Positions 29,427-40,600 of a stretch of 64,000 nt of DNA are shown here, in pieces. The position numbers were made by a program, and so were the translations under genes. Origin of the DNA: Candidatus Multivorans sp. Lineage in GTDB: Bacteria > Acidobacteriota > Thermoanaerobaculia > Multivoradales > Multivoraceae. Every line of letters starts with the position of its first letter. Positions within the stretch are counted from its first letter, which is position 1. The stretch spans positions 3,936,001 through 4,000,000 of the forward strand of contig OZ245033.1 of assembly GCA_965224025.1 (NCBI GenBank), read 5' to 3'. The notes beneath the pieces are model-generated. The model made no database searches. It was given only the letters and a program-made list of their open reading frames with translations, and was not told where the DNA came from.

Positions 29427-29733
29427 ATGAGAGAACGCCTCATGGCGGTCGTGCTGGCTGGCAACCGAGGGAGGGTCTACGTTTCGCCGCCTTCGGACGC
29501 GGAAGCCATGGCCGGAAGTGCAAGACCCACTTGGAAGCCGGATGCGCCAAGCCGCGGCACGTGGGCTAGCAATGCCCAAGGCAGGCGCTACGGCTTCCGG
29601 ACGTTCGGTGACTACTTCACACCTCGTCAGCTCGTCGCCCTTACGACCTTCTCGGACCTAGTTCGGGAAGCGATAGAGCGTGTCCACCAAGACGCTGAGG
29701 CGGTCGATGTGCAGGGCGATGGGCGACCACTAT

Positions 29734-30674
29734 GCGACGGCGGCAGCGGTGCGACCGCCTACGCCGAGGCGGTAGGGGTGTATCTGGCGCTAGCGGTGTC
29801 GAAGACCTCGAACGTCAACTCTTCGATTACCTCCTGGATGAGTGATCGAGGTGCCTTCCGGGAGACCTTCGCTCGACAGGCGATCCCGATGATGTGGGAC
29901 TTCGCCGAGGCGAACTCGTTCGCCGGACTCGGGGGCAGTTTCGATGCCGCCATCGCCAAGGGGGCAATGGCGATCGAAGCACTCCCGGCGCAGCGGGCTG
30001 CGTGGAGCAGGCAGATGGACGCAGCGAGCCAAGCCTCAGCCACGAGCAGAGTCGTTTCGACCGATCCTCCTTACTACGACAACATCGGCTACGCCGACCT
30101 GTCGGACTATTTCTACGTCTGGCTGCGGCGTTCCGTACCGTTCGTTTTTCCAGATCTCTTCTCAACGCTAGCGGTGCCGAAGAGCGAGGAACTGGTGGCA
30201 TCGCCATACCGTCATGGAGGTAAGGCCGCTGCGGAGACCTTCTTCCTGGCTGGGATGACGCGGGCAATGCAACGGCTAGCCGAGCAGGCTCATACGGGCT
30301 TCCCAATCACGGTCTACTACGCCTTCAAGCAATCCGAGAGAAGGGGCGCTAGCGGAACAACGAGTACTGGTTGGGAGACGTTTCTTGGAGCCCTAATCGG
30401 GTCGGGCTTCTCGGTCACCGGCACTTGGCCGATGCGCACCGAGGGAGCAGGGCGAATCCTCGCCAAAGGAACCAACGCTCTCGCCTCCAGCATCGTCCTC
30501 GTCTGCCGACGCCGCCCCGCCGACGCTCCGCTCGCCACCCGCCGCGAGTTCCTGACCGCGCTTCGCTCCGAACTTCCCCGGGCCCTCCGTCTTCTCCAGA
30601 CCGGCAACGTGGCCCCGGTCGACCTCGCGCAGGCCGCCATCGGCCCCGGCATGGCCGTTTACACGCGCTACGCG
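29734..30674 (+). repeat. 941-bp inverted repeat, right copy (pairs with 19951-20891)
   Basis: Starts GCGACGGCGGCAGC and ends ACACGCGCTACGCG; the sequence diverges from allele A immediately outside both ends. Confidence 0.95.
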
Positions 30675-30740
30675 AAGGTGCTCAACGCATCCGGCGAGTC
30701 GATGCCGGTGCGGGAGGCCCTTGCCCTGATCAACCAGGTC

Positions 30741-30772
<32 letters not shown>

Positions 30773-31616
30773 GTTCGACGCGGACAGCCGCTGGGCGCTC
30801 GCGTGGTTCGAGCAGCACGGTTTCGCCGAGGGCGACTACGGTGTCGCCGAGACGCTGTCGAAGGCCAAGAACACGAGCGTCGCCGGAATGGTGGAGGCCG
30901 GAATTCTCACGTCGAAGGGAGGCAAAGTGCGCCTGTTGCCGCCGAAGGAGCTACCAGGTGATTGGGATCCGGCCACTGACAAACGGCTCACGGCGTGGGA
31001 GGCGGTGCACCACCTGATCCGTGTCCTTGAGACGGGCGGCGAACAAGGTGCAGCGAAGCTTGCCCGCAGCCTCGGCGGAATGGCCGAAACGGCCCGGGAA
31101 CTCTGCTACCGCTTGTACACGGTGAGCGAACGGAAGAAGCGCGCCGCCGATGCGCTGTCCTACAACAGCCTCGTGCAGAGCTGGCCCGAGATCAACCGAC
31201 TCGCGAGAACCGAGGCCGATCCCAGACAGGCGGGCCTCCTCGACTAGGCCTGGAGCGTAGGATACGGGGCGTGCCCATCAGGCTCTACAGCAATGAGGAG
31301 CTGGATTCGCTCCGGGCGATGCGCAAGACGGTATCCAATCCTGGGGCTCGCTGGACAGAGAAGCCGACCAGCGCCCCGGCTCACAGGCAGCGGTCGTTCA
31401 AGGCAACGGCTGAAGACGAAGCGACGGCCCGATTCGACATCTACCAGCGCCAGAGTCTGAAGGACGCGGCTGCCTTCTCCTGCGGGATCGCGCTCGTCTC
31501 TGCCGACGGTTCCCGACTGACCTTGGCGCGCTACAACGGACCCCTCTCTGCCAACGTACGTGACACAGCGGGCATCCCGTTGAATAGTGGAGGGCACGCG
31601 TTGGCAAGGAGGATCA

Positions 31617-32102
31617 ATGTCAAGACGAGAGCAGAGGTTTGGCGGCGGCTCGGAGCTCCCGGCCGCGGGGGTTGAGGAGCGTAGCGACGAGGCCCCCGCG
31701 GCCGGCGCGGCGTCCGCGGGGGGCGTTCCCGACCCGGAGGTCGTAGCGAAGCCGACCCGACGGCAGTTCACGGCGGAGTACCGGCTGCGGATTCTGGAGG
31801 AAGCGGATCGATGCACCCACCGCGGCGAGGTGGGTCGGCTGTTGCGGCGAGAGGGTCTGTACAGCTCCCATCTGGCCAACTGGCGCAAGGCGCGGCGCGA
31901 GGGCGCGCTTTCCGGTCTGAGGCCGAAGAAGCGGGGCCGCAAGCCTGTCGAGGCCAACCCTCTGATGCCGAAGGTGAAGCGGCTGGAAGCGAAGGTCAAG
32001 CGGCTCGAGAGGGAAGTCGCCGCCGCGCACACGATCCTGGACGTCCAGGGAAAAGTTGCAGGGCTGCTGGGATTCAGCCTCGAAGACGGGAAGGACTGCT
32101 GA
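31617..32102 (+). CDS. IS3-family transposase OrfA
   Basis: RRQFTAEYRLRILEEAD...LLRREGLYSSHLANWR HTH plus coiled coil; AAGGAGG RBS. Confidence 0.9.
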   Translation: MSRREQRFGGGSELPAAGVEERSDEAPAAGAASAGGVPDPEVVAKPTRRQFTAEYRLRILEEADRCTHRGEVGRLLRREGLYSSHLANWRKARREGALSGLRPKKRGRKPVEANPLMPKVKRLEAKVKRLEREVAAAHTILDVQGKVAGLLGFSLEDGKDC

Positions 32103-33100
32103 TGGCGGCAAGGTCCCTGGCCCGGCAGGTCGGCATCGCGCCGGCGTGCCGGGCGCTGGGCGTGTCGCGATCGACCTTCTATCGTCGTGCGAGGCCCGCT
32201 CCCGGGCGACGGCAGCCCCGCCCCACGCCTGCCCGGGCACTGAGCCAGATCGAGCGGAAACGGGTCGAGGCCACGCTTGCGTCGCCGCGTTTCGTCGATC
32301 GTTCGCCGGGAGAAGTGGTGGCCACCCTGCTCGACGAGGGCCGCTACCTGTGCTCGGAGCGCACGATGTACCGCATCCTCGAAGCGAACCACCCCGTGAG
32401 GGACCGCCGCAATCAGCGCGTCCATCCGTCGTACGCCAAGCCGGAGTTGGTCGCTGTCGCGCCCAACCAGGTCTGGTCGTGGGACATCACCAGGCTGCTC
32501 GGACCGCAGACCTGGACCTACTACTACCTCTACGTCCTGCTCGACCTCTTCAGCCGCTACGCGGTCGGCTGGATGGTCGCCGACCGCGAGAACTCCGCGC
32601 TCGCCCAAAGGCTCATCGAGGAGACCTGCCTCAAGCACGGCGTCAAGCCCCATGTCCTGACCCTGCATTCCGATCGAGGCGCCCCCATGACCAGCCAGGG
32701 CACCGCCCAACTGCTCGCCCGCCTCGGCGTGAACCGCTCCCTGGGCCGACCGCGGGTCAGCGACGACAACCCCTACTCCGAAGCACAGTTCAAGACCCTC
32801 AAGTACCACCCCGACTTCCCCAGCCGCTTCAACTGCCAGGACGCCGCGACCGACTACTGCAGGTCCTTCTTCCCCTGGTACAACACCGAACACCGCCATG
32901 CCGGCATCGCCATGCTGACTCCCCAGACCGTCCACTACGGCCGGGCGCAAGCCGTCATCGAGCAGCGCCAACGCACGCTGAGCGCCGCCTGGGAGAGCTC
33001 ACCCGAACGATTCGTCGGCGGCCAACCGATGCACACGCCACTGCCCCGGGCCGTCTGGATCAACAAGCCCGACAACGAGACTGCAGAGACCACTCAGTAA
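32102..33100 (+). CDS. IS3-family transposase OrfB (DDE integrase core)
   Basis: WSWDIT, DLFSRYAVGW, LHSDRG and DNPYSEAQFKTLK; TGATG coupling to OrfA. Confidence 0.92.
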   Translation: MAARSLARQVGIAPACRALGVSRSTFYRRARPAPGRRQPRPTPARALSQIERKRVEATLASPRFVDRSPGEVVATLLDEGRYLCSERTMYRILEANHPVRDRRNQRVHPSYAKPELVAVAPNQVWSWDITRLLGPQTWTYYYLYVLLDLFSRYAVGWMVADRENSALAQRLIEETCLKHGVKPHVLTLHSDRGAPMTSQGTAQLLARLGVNRSLGRPRVSDDNPYSEAQFKTLKYHPDFPSRFNCQDAATDYCRSFFPWYNTEHRHAGIAMLTPQTVHYGRAQAVIEQRQRTLSAAWESSPERFVGGQPMHTPLPRAVWINKPDNETAETTQ

Positions 33101-33348
33101 ATCCTGAACCCCGCTGTGTCAATGTCGTTGACAGGTTCCGGACCGAGTCATGAGCACGGAGACATCTCCTACCGACCCCACATTCATCAGGCAACCTCAA
33201 AGGCCATCGCGTCCGGCAAGAAGCCCGAAAGCGAGGCCAAGGAGACCGACCGGTTTGTCACACTGGAGGGGGCATTCGCCTGCCTGCTTGACGACTTTCG
33301 CATCGCCGGCGTTTTGGCGACGCACGACACACAGAGGGTTCTTCCCCT

Positions 33349-34128
33349 ATGACTATTGACATGGACGCATTGCAAGGGCTCCTGTGCGAACGCCTCTGCA
33401 CCGAGGTACGGCTCGTGAGACGGCCCGACGACGCCCTGATGTTGCGCACACACTTCGAGTTCCCAGACGGGGACAGGTTCCCCATTCATGTGTCCGAGTC
33501 TGGAATCGGCGGCGTGCGCTTGTCAGATCGCGGTCACACGTTGATGAATATCAGCTACGACCACGATGTAGACGCCTTCCTGGAGGGGACCCGAGGTCGC
33601 CTGATGGAACGCATAGTCGCCGAAACCGGTGTTGAACAGAACGGCAGCGTGTTCTTCATCGATACTGCGCTAGAGGGACTGCCCGAGGCGGTGTTTCGCT
33701 TTGGGCAGGCGCTGACCAGAATCCACGATCTCACCTTGCTCTCAAGAACACGTGTCAGGGCCACGTTCTATGACGACCTGGCCGATTTGCTCCACAGCTT
33801 GGTCGCAGAAGAGAAGATCCAGGCGGAGTACTTCCCCGAGGACCTGCCGGACCCCGAAGCGTACTGCGTGGACTACCGGATAGAAGGCCAAGACGATCCG
33901 CTGTTTCTCTACGGCGTGCCGAACCGCGACAAGGCGCGCCTGACCACGATCATGCTGTCCCACTTTCACAGGCATGGTCTTCGGTTCGAGTCCATACTCG
34001 TCTTCTCGGACCAGTCGGAAATACCGCGACTCGATCTTGCCCGTCTCTCGGATGTCGGAGGCGAGATGATCTCTTCCCTCGAATCGAGCGCGGACCTCGA
34101 ACGGAAGCTCCTCAAGCGAGTCGCCTGA
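33349..34128 (+). CDS. DUF1828-domain protein
   Basis: THFEFPDGDRFPIHV...VRLSDRGHTL...FRFGQALTRI N-terminal pattern; C-terminal VDYRIEG segment, possibly a degenerate nuclease fold. Confidence 0.72.
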   Translation: MTIDMDALQGLLCERLCTEVRLVRRPDDALMLRTHFEFPDGDRFPIHVSESGIGGVRLSDRGHTLMNISYDHDVDAFLEGTRGRLMERIVAETGVEQNGSVFFIDTALEGLPEAVFRFGQALTRIHDLTLLSRTRVRATFYDDLADLLHSLVAEEKIQAEYFPEDLPDPEAYCVDYRIEGQDDPLFLYGVPNRDKARLTTIMLSHFHRHGLRFESILVFSDQSEIPRLDLARLSDVGGEMISSLESSADLERKLLKRVA

Positions 34129-34203
34129 ATCCGATACTGATCGCCGGCGCACCAGTCTGCTGCAACTGCGACACGGGCCGGCAGGCGGTTGTGTCTCTCC
34201 CGC

Positions 34204-37200
34204 CTACTCCCGCTCGAAGCCGTGACTGCTGAACTTCAGCGTTCGGCTGTTCTCGGTTACGGTGCGCACGACGTGCTCGGGGGCCCCGTCAGGGATCTGC
34301 GCCTCAATCTCCAGCATGACCGACACGTCCGCGCCCACAAGACCAGCCAGATGGGTGATCACTTCCTCGGCGATTCGGCTCGCGTCGCGCCCGGCCCGGT
34401 TCGCATCGAGCGAGACGCTGCCGTGGAAGCGCTTCGGCAGGTCACCATCCGCCTGGCCCGGTCCTGATCCCGGTTGGTCCTGTGAGCCGGTACCGTCTCC
34501 CGCTTCCGGCGGCAGACCAGCGGGTGGACTGTCGGGTTCCCTTTCCGCGTCCATCTGCTGCCTCGCGGTAGCCGCCGCTACAAGAACGCCGGGAGTGCTC
34601 GCATCGGAGAGTGAGATCACCTCCCCACCGCGGAGGCCCCGGTACCGCTCAGCGTCGTCGTCGACGCTGTCCGCATAGGCGAAGGCCTCGCGTTCCCAGG
34701 TCAGCAGCCGCACTCCGTCCTCCACACCGCGGAGCAGGACGGACGGCTCCTGCAGGCGAGGTAGATACATGTAGCGGGCGAAGTCCTCGACAAGCTGCCG
34801 CACCTCGACGTGATCTCCGCGCCAAAGAGGCACCCGGTCAAGTTCCAGCCGGAGGCGGGTCCCGGCGAGACCGCTAAGGAGATACTCCTCACTCTTCAAA
34901 CGGCGGGCCGCCCTGGGCGCCAGCGCCTCCTGACTACCCAGCCGCGCGGCCTCCCACTTGATCGAGGCAGCCGGATCGGCCTGGACCGGCACGAGCAACC
35001 ACTGGTAGGTCTCGGGCAATCGGGAAGATACGGTCTCGGCCGCAGCCTGACACTGCGTCTCGGCCTGCCTGACCTGATGGAGGGATAGGTCAAGAGCCTC
35101 CCGTTCGCTGAGGATCGACTCCCAAGCGAGGCGGCGCCGAATGGCCTCATCCAACTCTTGCAGGCGGGACTGATCCGGAGCCAAGAAGACGAGCGTGTTG
35201 CGGTAGATCCGGGGAGCGGCCCCTCGAGTCTCAAGAATGGCTCCGGCCGCCGTCTCAGCCGGGGAGCCCGGCTCACGGTGGTACGGATAGTCCACACCAA
35301 GGACGACGAGACGGGTCTCCAACTCGTCCGGCACGTCGTGCCCTGACTGGGGAGCCGTGTGGATCCGGCTGAAGCCACCGGTATCGCGGAGGGCAACGCG
35401 CAGCGCTTCACCGATCGCCCGCTCCACACGGTCGCGGTCGCGTCGAAACTGCTCGGCCCGATCCTCCGCGAGCTTCGTGACCGTCGGCCGGGTGTCGTAC
35501 CAGTAGCGGGTCCCGTCCTGATACAGATATGTGGCGCGGGTCGCGAGCCTTCGCAGAGCGTCTCCGAACACCGCGGACGATTCACCCGGCAGCACGCAGC
35601 CGAGCTTGATACGCCGATCCTCGAGGCCACGTTGAGCCGAGCCCGCACTGGGCGCCGATCCGAGATACACCGTTCGCGCAACCCTCCGGCACGCCGAGAA
35701 CTTGCCCAAGTTGGCAACCTCGCCATCGATCCGCTGTGGCAGCGACTGCTGCCCGTCGATGTCCTTCTCGATCACCGGAACCCAGTTCTCGGGCAGATAC
35801 CGGCTGAGCTCGGGCCCAACGCGGGCATCGTCAATCGAGATGTTCGCAGGCAGGATAAGCGGGCTCCTGTCGCCCTTCTCCCACAGGCTGTGAATGACCG
35901 CCGCCATGAGCCGGAGCACGCCGCGAGTCCGCTGGAAGGTCACCAAGGTCGACCAATCCGAGTAGAGCCGGTCAAAGATCTCCGGGTGAATGGGATACGC
36001 GGCCTTGAGGCGCTGCTCGTAGTCCGCGTCGCGACACTCAGCCGGGAACTCGTCGCGTTGGCCTCGGTAGAGGTCGGCGAACGCTCTGGCCACAACGTCG
36101 CGGTCCCTAAACTGTGCGGCGTCCGAGAACGGTTCGAAGAGGCGCCTTCTGACTATCTCGAAGCCTTCCTCGGCGCTAGCCGGCCGCCAGGACGACTCCA
36201 CGCGCCCGATCACATTGCGCAGCCGGTCAAGCGCCTCCCGGCCACGCTGGCCGCCAACCTCGATGTCGTCCGCCTGGGTGTGGGAAGAGCCACTCGTGTC
36301 AGAGGCCGGAAGACTCACTACCAGCAAGCAGCCGGGTACAGCCTTGACCGACTCAGTAAGAGTCTGGGCGAACGTGAACTGAGTCTCGAAGCTCCCCGCC
36401 GGCAGGTCGCTTTCGTCGTGGAGCTGCCGCGCGTAGGCAACCCACTCGTCGATCAGGATCAGACATGGTGCGTGCTCCCTGAGGAGCTGCCGCAAGGCGT
36501 CCCCGGGGCTCGTTGCCCGCTCGTCATCCGCCGCCACACATGCATAGGCCTCGGCGCCGCCCAACTGCCACGCCAACTCGCCCCACAACGTGCGCACGAC
36601 GGTGCCGTCTTCCTTGGTTACCGGGTTTCCCGGCGAGATGCGAATACCGACCAGGACGACGCGCTTCACTTTCGGCAGCTTGACTACTCCGGCTTCTTTC
36701 ATCAGCACTTCGGCGCCCGCGAGGCCGCTTGGCGAAACCCCAGAGAAGAGGTGGTAGAGCGCAAGCATCGAGTGGGTCTTGCCACCTCCGAAGTTCGTCT
36801 GCAACTGGACCACCGGATCACCGCCTCGACCGGTGAGCCGCCTGATTGCGCTGGCGAGCATGCCCTTGAGGCTCTCCGTCAGGTAGGTACGTCGGAAGAA
36901 CTCGACCGGATCCCGGTACTCCGTAGCTCCCTCGCCTTCGTGCACCTGCCAGAGATCGGCTGCGAACTCCGCTTGTTGATACCGGCCGCTCGCGACGTCC
37001 TGGTGCGGTGTCACGACCTCGCGCCAAGGCTTCAAGGTGGCCGCAGTAGCGCCGATGGCAAGGCCAACCTGTTTTCGACGCTCTCCACGGGCCTGCTCGT
37101 CGAAACGGACCCGAAGCAGCTCCATCTTCAGCTTCTCCGCTTCCACCGCCTCCTTGGCCGAAATCGCCGTCAGCAGCCGAGTGGCTGTGTCCAGCACACG

Positions 37201-37530
37201 GTACGCGTCATCGCTCGAGAACGGTCTCTGGTGGGCCCACCGGTTCCGCTGTTCGCGCAGCTCACTCACAAAGCTCCGTTCAGCATGCCCAAGAACCGGC
37301 CGGAACACGCTTTGCCACAGGTCGCACATCAACGTGAGAAGCGCGGCAACATCCATGTCGCCGACTGACCAGGCACTTCGACGCCGGTCGTGGCCAACCC
37401 ACCCGACGGCACCGGCGTCGACGCGCTTCGCCTTGACTGCTCGGCGTAACTCGCGCTCGACGAACGGGCCTAGCCCAGCCTTGACGAGGTCGAGTGCCTT
37501 GCCGACTCGCTCCCGATTCGTTGTCGCCAT
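34204..37530 (-). CDS. DUF499 AAA+ ATPase with N-terminal Swt1-like HEPN domain
   Basis: ELREQRNRWAH (HEPN), PWREVVTPHQDV, EFAADL, QTNFGGGKTH (Walker A), LILIDE (Walker B), YPIHPE and FQRTRGVLRL. Confidence 0.92.
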   Translation of the reverse strand: MATTNRERVGKALDLVKAGLGPFVERELRRAVKAKRVDAGAVGWVGHDRRRSAWSVGDMDVAALLTLMCDLWQSVFRPVLGHAERSFVSELREQRNRWAHQRPFSSDDAYRVLDTATRLLTAISAKEAVEAEKLKMELLRVRFDEQARGERRKQVGLAIGATAATLKPWREVVTPHQDVASGRYQQAEFAADLWQVHEGEGATEYRDPVEFFRRTYLTESLKGMLASAIRRLTGRGGDPVVQLQTNFGGGKTHSMLALYHLFSGVSPSGLAGAEVLMKEAGVVKLPKVKRVVLVGIRISPGNPVTKEDGTVVRTLWGELAWQLGGAEAYACVAADDERATSPGDALRQLLREHAPCLILIDEWVAYARQLHDESDLPAGSFETQFTFAQTLTESVKAVPGCLLVVSLPASDTSGSSHTQADDIEVGGQRGREALDRLRNVIGRVESSWRPASAEEGFEIVRRRLFEPFSDAAQFRDRDVVARAFADLYRGQRDEFPAECRDADYEQRLKAAYPIHPEIFDRLYSDWSTLVTFQRTRGVLRLMAAVIHSLWEKGDRSPLILPANISIDDARVGPELSRYLPENWVPVIEKDIDGQQSLPQRIDGEVANLGKFSACRRVARTVYLGSAPSAGSAQRGLEDRRIKLGCVLPGESSAVFGDALRRLATRATYLYQDGTRYWYDTRPTVTKLAEDRAEQFRRDRDRVERAIGEALRVALRDTGGFSRIHTAPQSGHDVPDELETRLVVLGVDYPYHREPGSPAETAAGAILETRGAAPRIYRNTLVFLAPDQSRLQELDEAIRRRLAWESILSEREALDLSLHQVRQAETQCQAAAETVSSRLPETYQWLLVPVQADPAASIKWEAARLGSQEALAPRAARRLKSEEYLLSGLAGTRLRLELDRVPLWRGDHVEVRQLVEDFARYMYLPRLQEPSVLLRGVEDGVRLLTWEREAFAYADSVDDDAERYRGLRGGEVISLSDASTPGVLVAAATARQQMDAEREPDSPPAGLPPEAGDGTGSQDQPGSGPGQADGDLPKRFHGSVSLDANRAGRDASRIAEEVITHLAGLVGADVSVMLEIEAQIPDGAPEHVVRTVTENSRTLKFSSHGFERE

Positions 37531-37601
37531 GAGGCCGGAAGTCTAATGCCACCGCGTGTCCAATGCACTTGACGCGGCCACCGCTGACGAAACGTGCTTC
37601 G

Positions 37602-40600
37602 CTACCGCGGCGCCTCCGCTTCGGCAAGGAGCTCCCTCAGCGTGTAGTTCACGCTGGCTGCGCCGAAGTCCGGCTCACGCCGGAACGGCTGCCGGACGTA
37701 GTGGACCGCGTGGTGCTTGTCTTCGCCGAACAGGACGATCGCCAGGATGAAGTCGTCCGGCTTGTTCAGCGAGTAGAGAATCTCGTTCCGTGTCACGGTG
37801 ATCGTCGCGGCGTCGCTTCGTCGGCCCTTGACTTCGACGAACCGCAGCTTCCCGGTGGCCGGATCCCGGCTCTCGATGTCGTAGCCGAGCTTGTCGAGTT
37901 CCCGGTCCGTCGGTTCGAAGCCGAGCCCACGCTCGGTCTCCATGACGATCTCGCGGGCGCGAGCCGCGGATTCCTGGGTGTCGATCGTGGGCCTCGGACG
38001 CTCCGAACGACCTGCCATCGCCTCGATCAACCCCTGCGGCGCCACCAGCAGCCCGCCGAGCACCAGCGGCGGCCTCGGTGAGATCTGCTTCTCTCGCTTC
38101 AGTTCCTCGAACCGTTTCTGCAAGCGGCCCGCAAGGGTGTCCGCGCGCCGGCGGGCCTCGCCCGAGTTGAGCCGGGCTGCCGGCTTGCCGGCCTCCTCGG
38201 CGAGCTTGAGCTGGGCGGCACTGTGGTCCCAGTGGTTGATCTCCTTGGTCAGGCGATCCTTGACGGCCGCTTCGGTCTTGCCGATGAACTCCAGCCGTGT
38301 GTCGCGGACTTCCTGCAAATGCTCGGGTACGACATGAGCTACGGCGTACGCCTGTGCCTCCTGCTCGAGACCGCAGTCTATCCACTGGCACTCCGGGCGT
38401 TCGAGGAACTCTTCGACCGTAGGTTCGCCATCCTCGAGTGGCCGATAGTCGAGGTAGGGGGCGTAGTGGATATGGCGCTTGACTCCGGCCGAATCCAGTT
38501 CCACGTAGAGCACCCGCTTCGAGATGACGCGCCGGTCGCCGTTGCGGGTAGTGCTTCCGTCCTGCAAAGCGTGCTCGATGGAGAACAGAACCCGCGGCGC
38601 CGTTCCGCCGTCCCGCTCGTCGACGAGCACCGCACCGCGCCTCAGCAGGTCGCGGTGGCGTTCGAGGGTCAGGTCGATCACCGCCTCGAGCAGCGGATGG
38701 CCCGGACAGACAAAAGCCGCGAGCGGATGGCCCGGCGGCGCGACCAGGTGCTTCTCGAAGACGACCCGTTCGTAGCGTGGGAGCACCGCCTCCCGCACCC
38801 CGATCAAGCGGTCGCGGTACTTCACCGGCCCCGGCACATGGCTCACCTGGTAGCGGCGCGCCTCGCGTTGCCGCAGTTTGCCGCCCAAGCACCCGAACGC
38901 CTCGCGGAAGAAGGACTCGATGTAGTGCGGCTGCAGGCGGCGGGCTTCCGCACGCGCCATGTCTTCCCGGACCCGCTGCACGCCCGAGGCGTCCATCGCG
39001 TCGTGGGCCAACTGGCGCTCTTCCAGCAGTTCCTGCAGCGCGAAGCGGTCGACCGCGTGATCGACGGCAACATCCAGCCGCGCCCGCACCTCCGGCCGCT
39101 CGCCGTAGCGGATCGCGTCCAGGAGAAGGTTGCGGAGGGAACGACCCTCGAACTCCAGCTTGCCCAGCACGTCGAACACCTGCCCGCCGAGCGTCTGCCG
39201 GGCCTGTTCCAGCTTCTCCAGCAGCCGGTGGTAGACGTCGCCCTCGCGGGTGTCCTGGGCAACCAGGTTCCAGAGATGGCACACCTCGGTCTGGCCGATT
39301 CGGTGGATGCGGCCGAAACGCTGTTCGAGCCGGTTCGGATTCCAGGGCAGGTCGTAGTTGACCATCAGGTGGGCGCGCTGCAGGTTGATCCCCTCGCCGG
39401 CGGCGTCGGTCGCCAGCAGGACCTGGACCTGCGGGTCGTACTGGAAAGCCTGCTGCACTTCAAGGCGCTTCTCTCGACCGATGCTGCCGTGGATGACCGC
39501 GACGGCAGACTCGCGGCCCAACAGGGTGGCGATGCGCTCGTACAAGTACCGCAGCGTGTCCCGATGCTCCGTGAAGAGCACGAGTTTCTGTCCAGGAGAC
39601 TGCGGCGGAAGTGTGGCGGCGCCGTCTCCGGAGGTCTGGTCCCGCTTCCCCACTCGATCCTGTGGACCAGAGGCTGTGAAGATCTCCGCTAGCAGGGTCG
39701 CAAGCTCGCGCCACTTGGTGTCTCTGCCGGCACGCCGCACCTCCAGCGCCAGCGCCTCAAGTACCTTCAGAGTCTCGATCTCCGCCCTCAGTTCGGCGAT
39801 CGATTGGGCGGCAGTTGCCTGATCGAGGATCTGCGCCTCGGTGTCTTCGACTTCCTCCTCCGGGGCATCGGCAAGATCCTCGACATCGTCCTCATCGAGT
39901 TCGGGCGCCAGGAACGCCACGACCAGGGAATGCTGGCCGCCTCGCTGCAGCACCTCGAGCTCGCGCAATCGACTCTCCAGTCGCTCCCGGCGACGACGCA
40001 GCGCCCGGTAGATCGCCTCGGGCGACGACGCCAATCGCCGCTGCAGGAGCGTCAACGCAAAGCCGACCGTACCGGCGCGTTTCGCGTTCGCCAGCGCTTC
40101 CGCGCGGTTGAACTCCTCGCGCACGTAGCTGGTGACCGCCGCGTACAGCCGGGCCTCGTCGTCGGACAGGCGGTAGGGCACGGTGTGCGCGATCCGCTCC
40201 GGGAACAGCGGCTTGCCGTCGAACTTGAGCAGCCGTTCCTTGACCATCCGCCGCATCAGGTCGGAGACGTCGGTGGTGTGGACTCCGTCGCGGAAGCGCC
40301 CCTCGAAGCGGTCGCCGTCGAGCAACGCCATGAAGAGCTGGAAGTCCGTTTCCTTGCCGTTGTGGGGCGTCGCCGTCATCAACAGGAAGTGGCGCGTCAA
40401 GCGGGACAGGAGCTGCCCGAGCCGGTACCGTTTCGTGTACCTGATCTCAGTGCCGTAGAGCGTCGCGGAGAACTTGTGCGCCTCGTCGCACACCACGAGA
40501 TCCCAGTCCGCGTCAGGCGCCTGGAGCTTCTGCTGCACGTCCTCGTCGCGCGACAGCTTGTCGAGGCGCGCAATGACCAGGTTCTCTTCACGGAACCAGT

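Larger units (their letters stand above)
31543..33138 (+). mobile_element. IS3-family insertion sequence with subterminal inverted repeats
   Basis: Flanked by the direct repeat CGGACC (31537-31542, 33139-33144). IRs CTGCCAACGTACGTGACACAGCGGG / CCCGCTGTGTCAATGTCGTTGACAG are inset 4-5 bp. Exact ends are ambiguous by about 2 bp. Confidence 0.88.
31271..33352 (+). pseudogene. 159-aa hypothetical protein (DUF6978-like; RYNGxxHxH...HIH motif) split by an IS3-family element
   Basis: 31271-31542 joined to 33145-33352 gives 480 nt in frame: ...LTLARYNGP-SHEHGDISYRPHIHQAT...; the stop overlaps the DUF1828 start. Confidence 0.8.

Noticed and set aside
19951-30674. Diversity-generating retroelement (template/variable repeat) interpretation of the duplicated methylase segment
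   Set aside because: No reverse transcriptase is present, and the copies show no adenine-specific mismatches.
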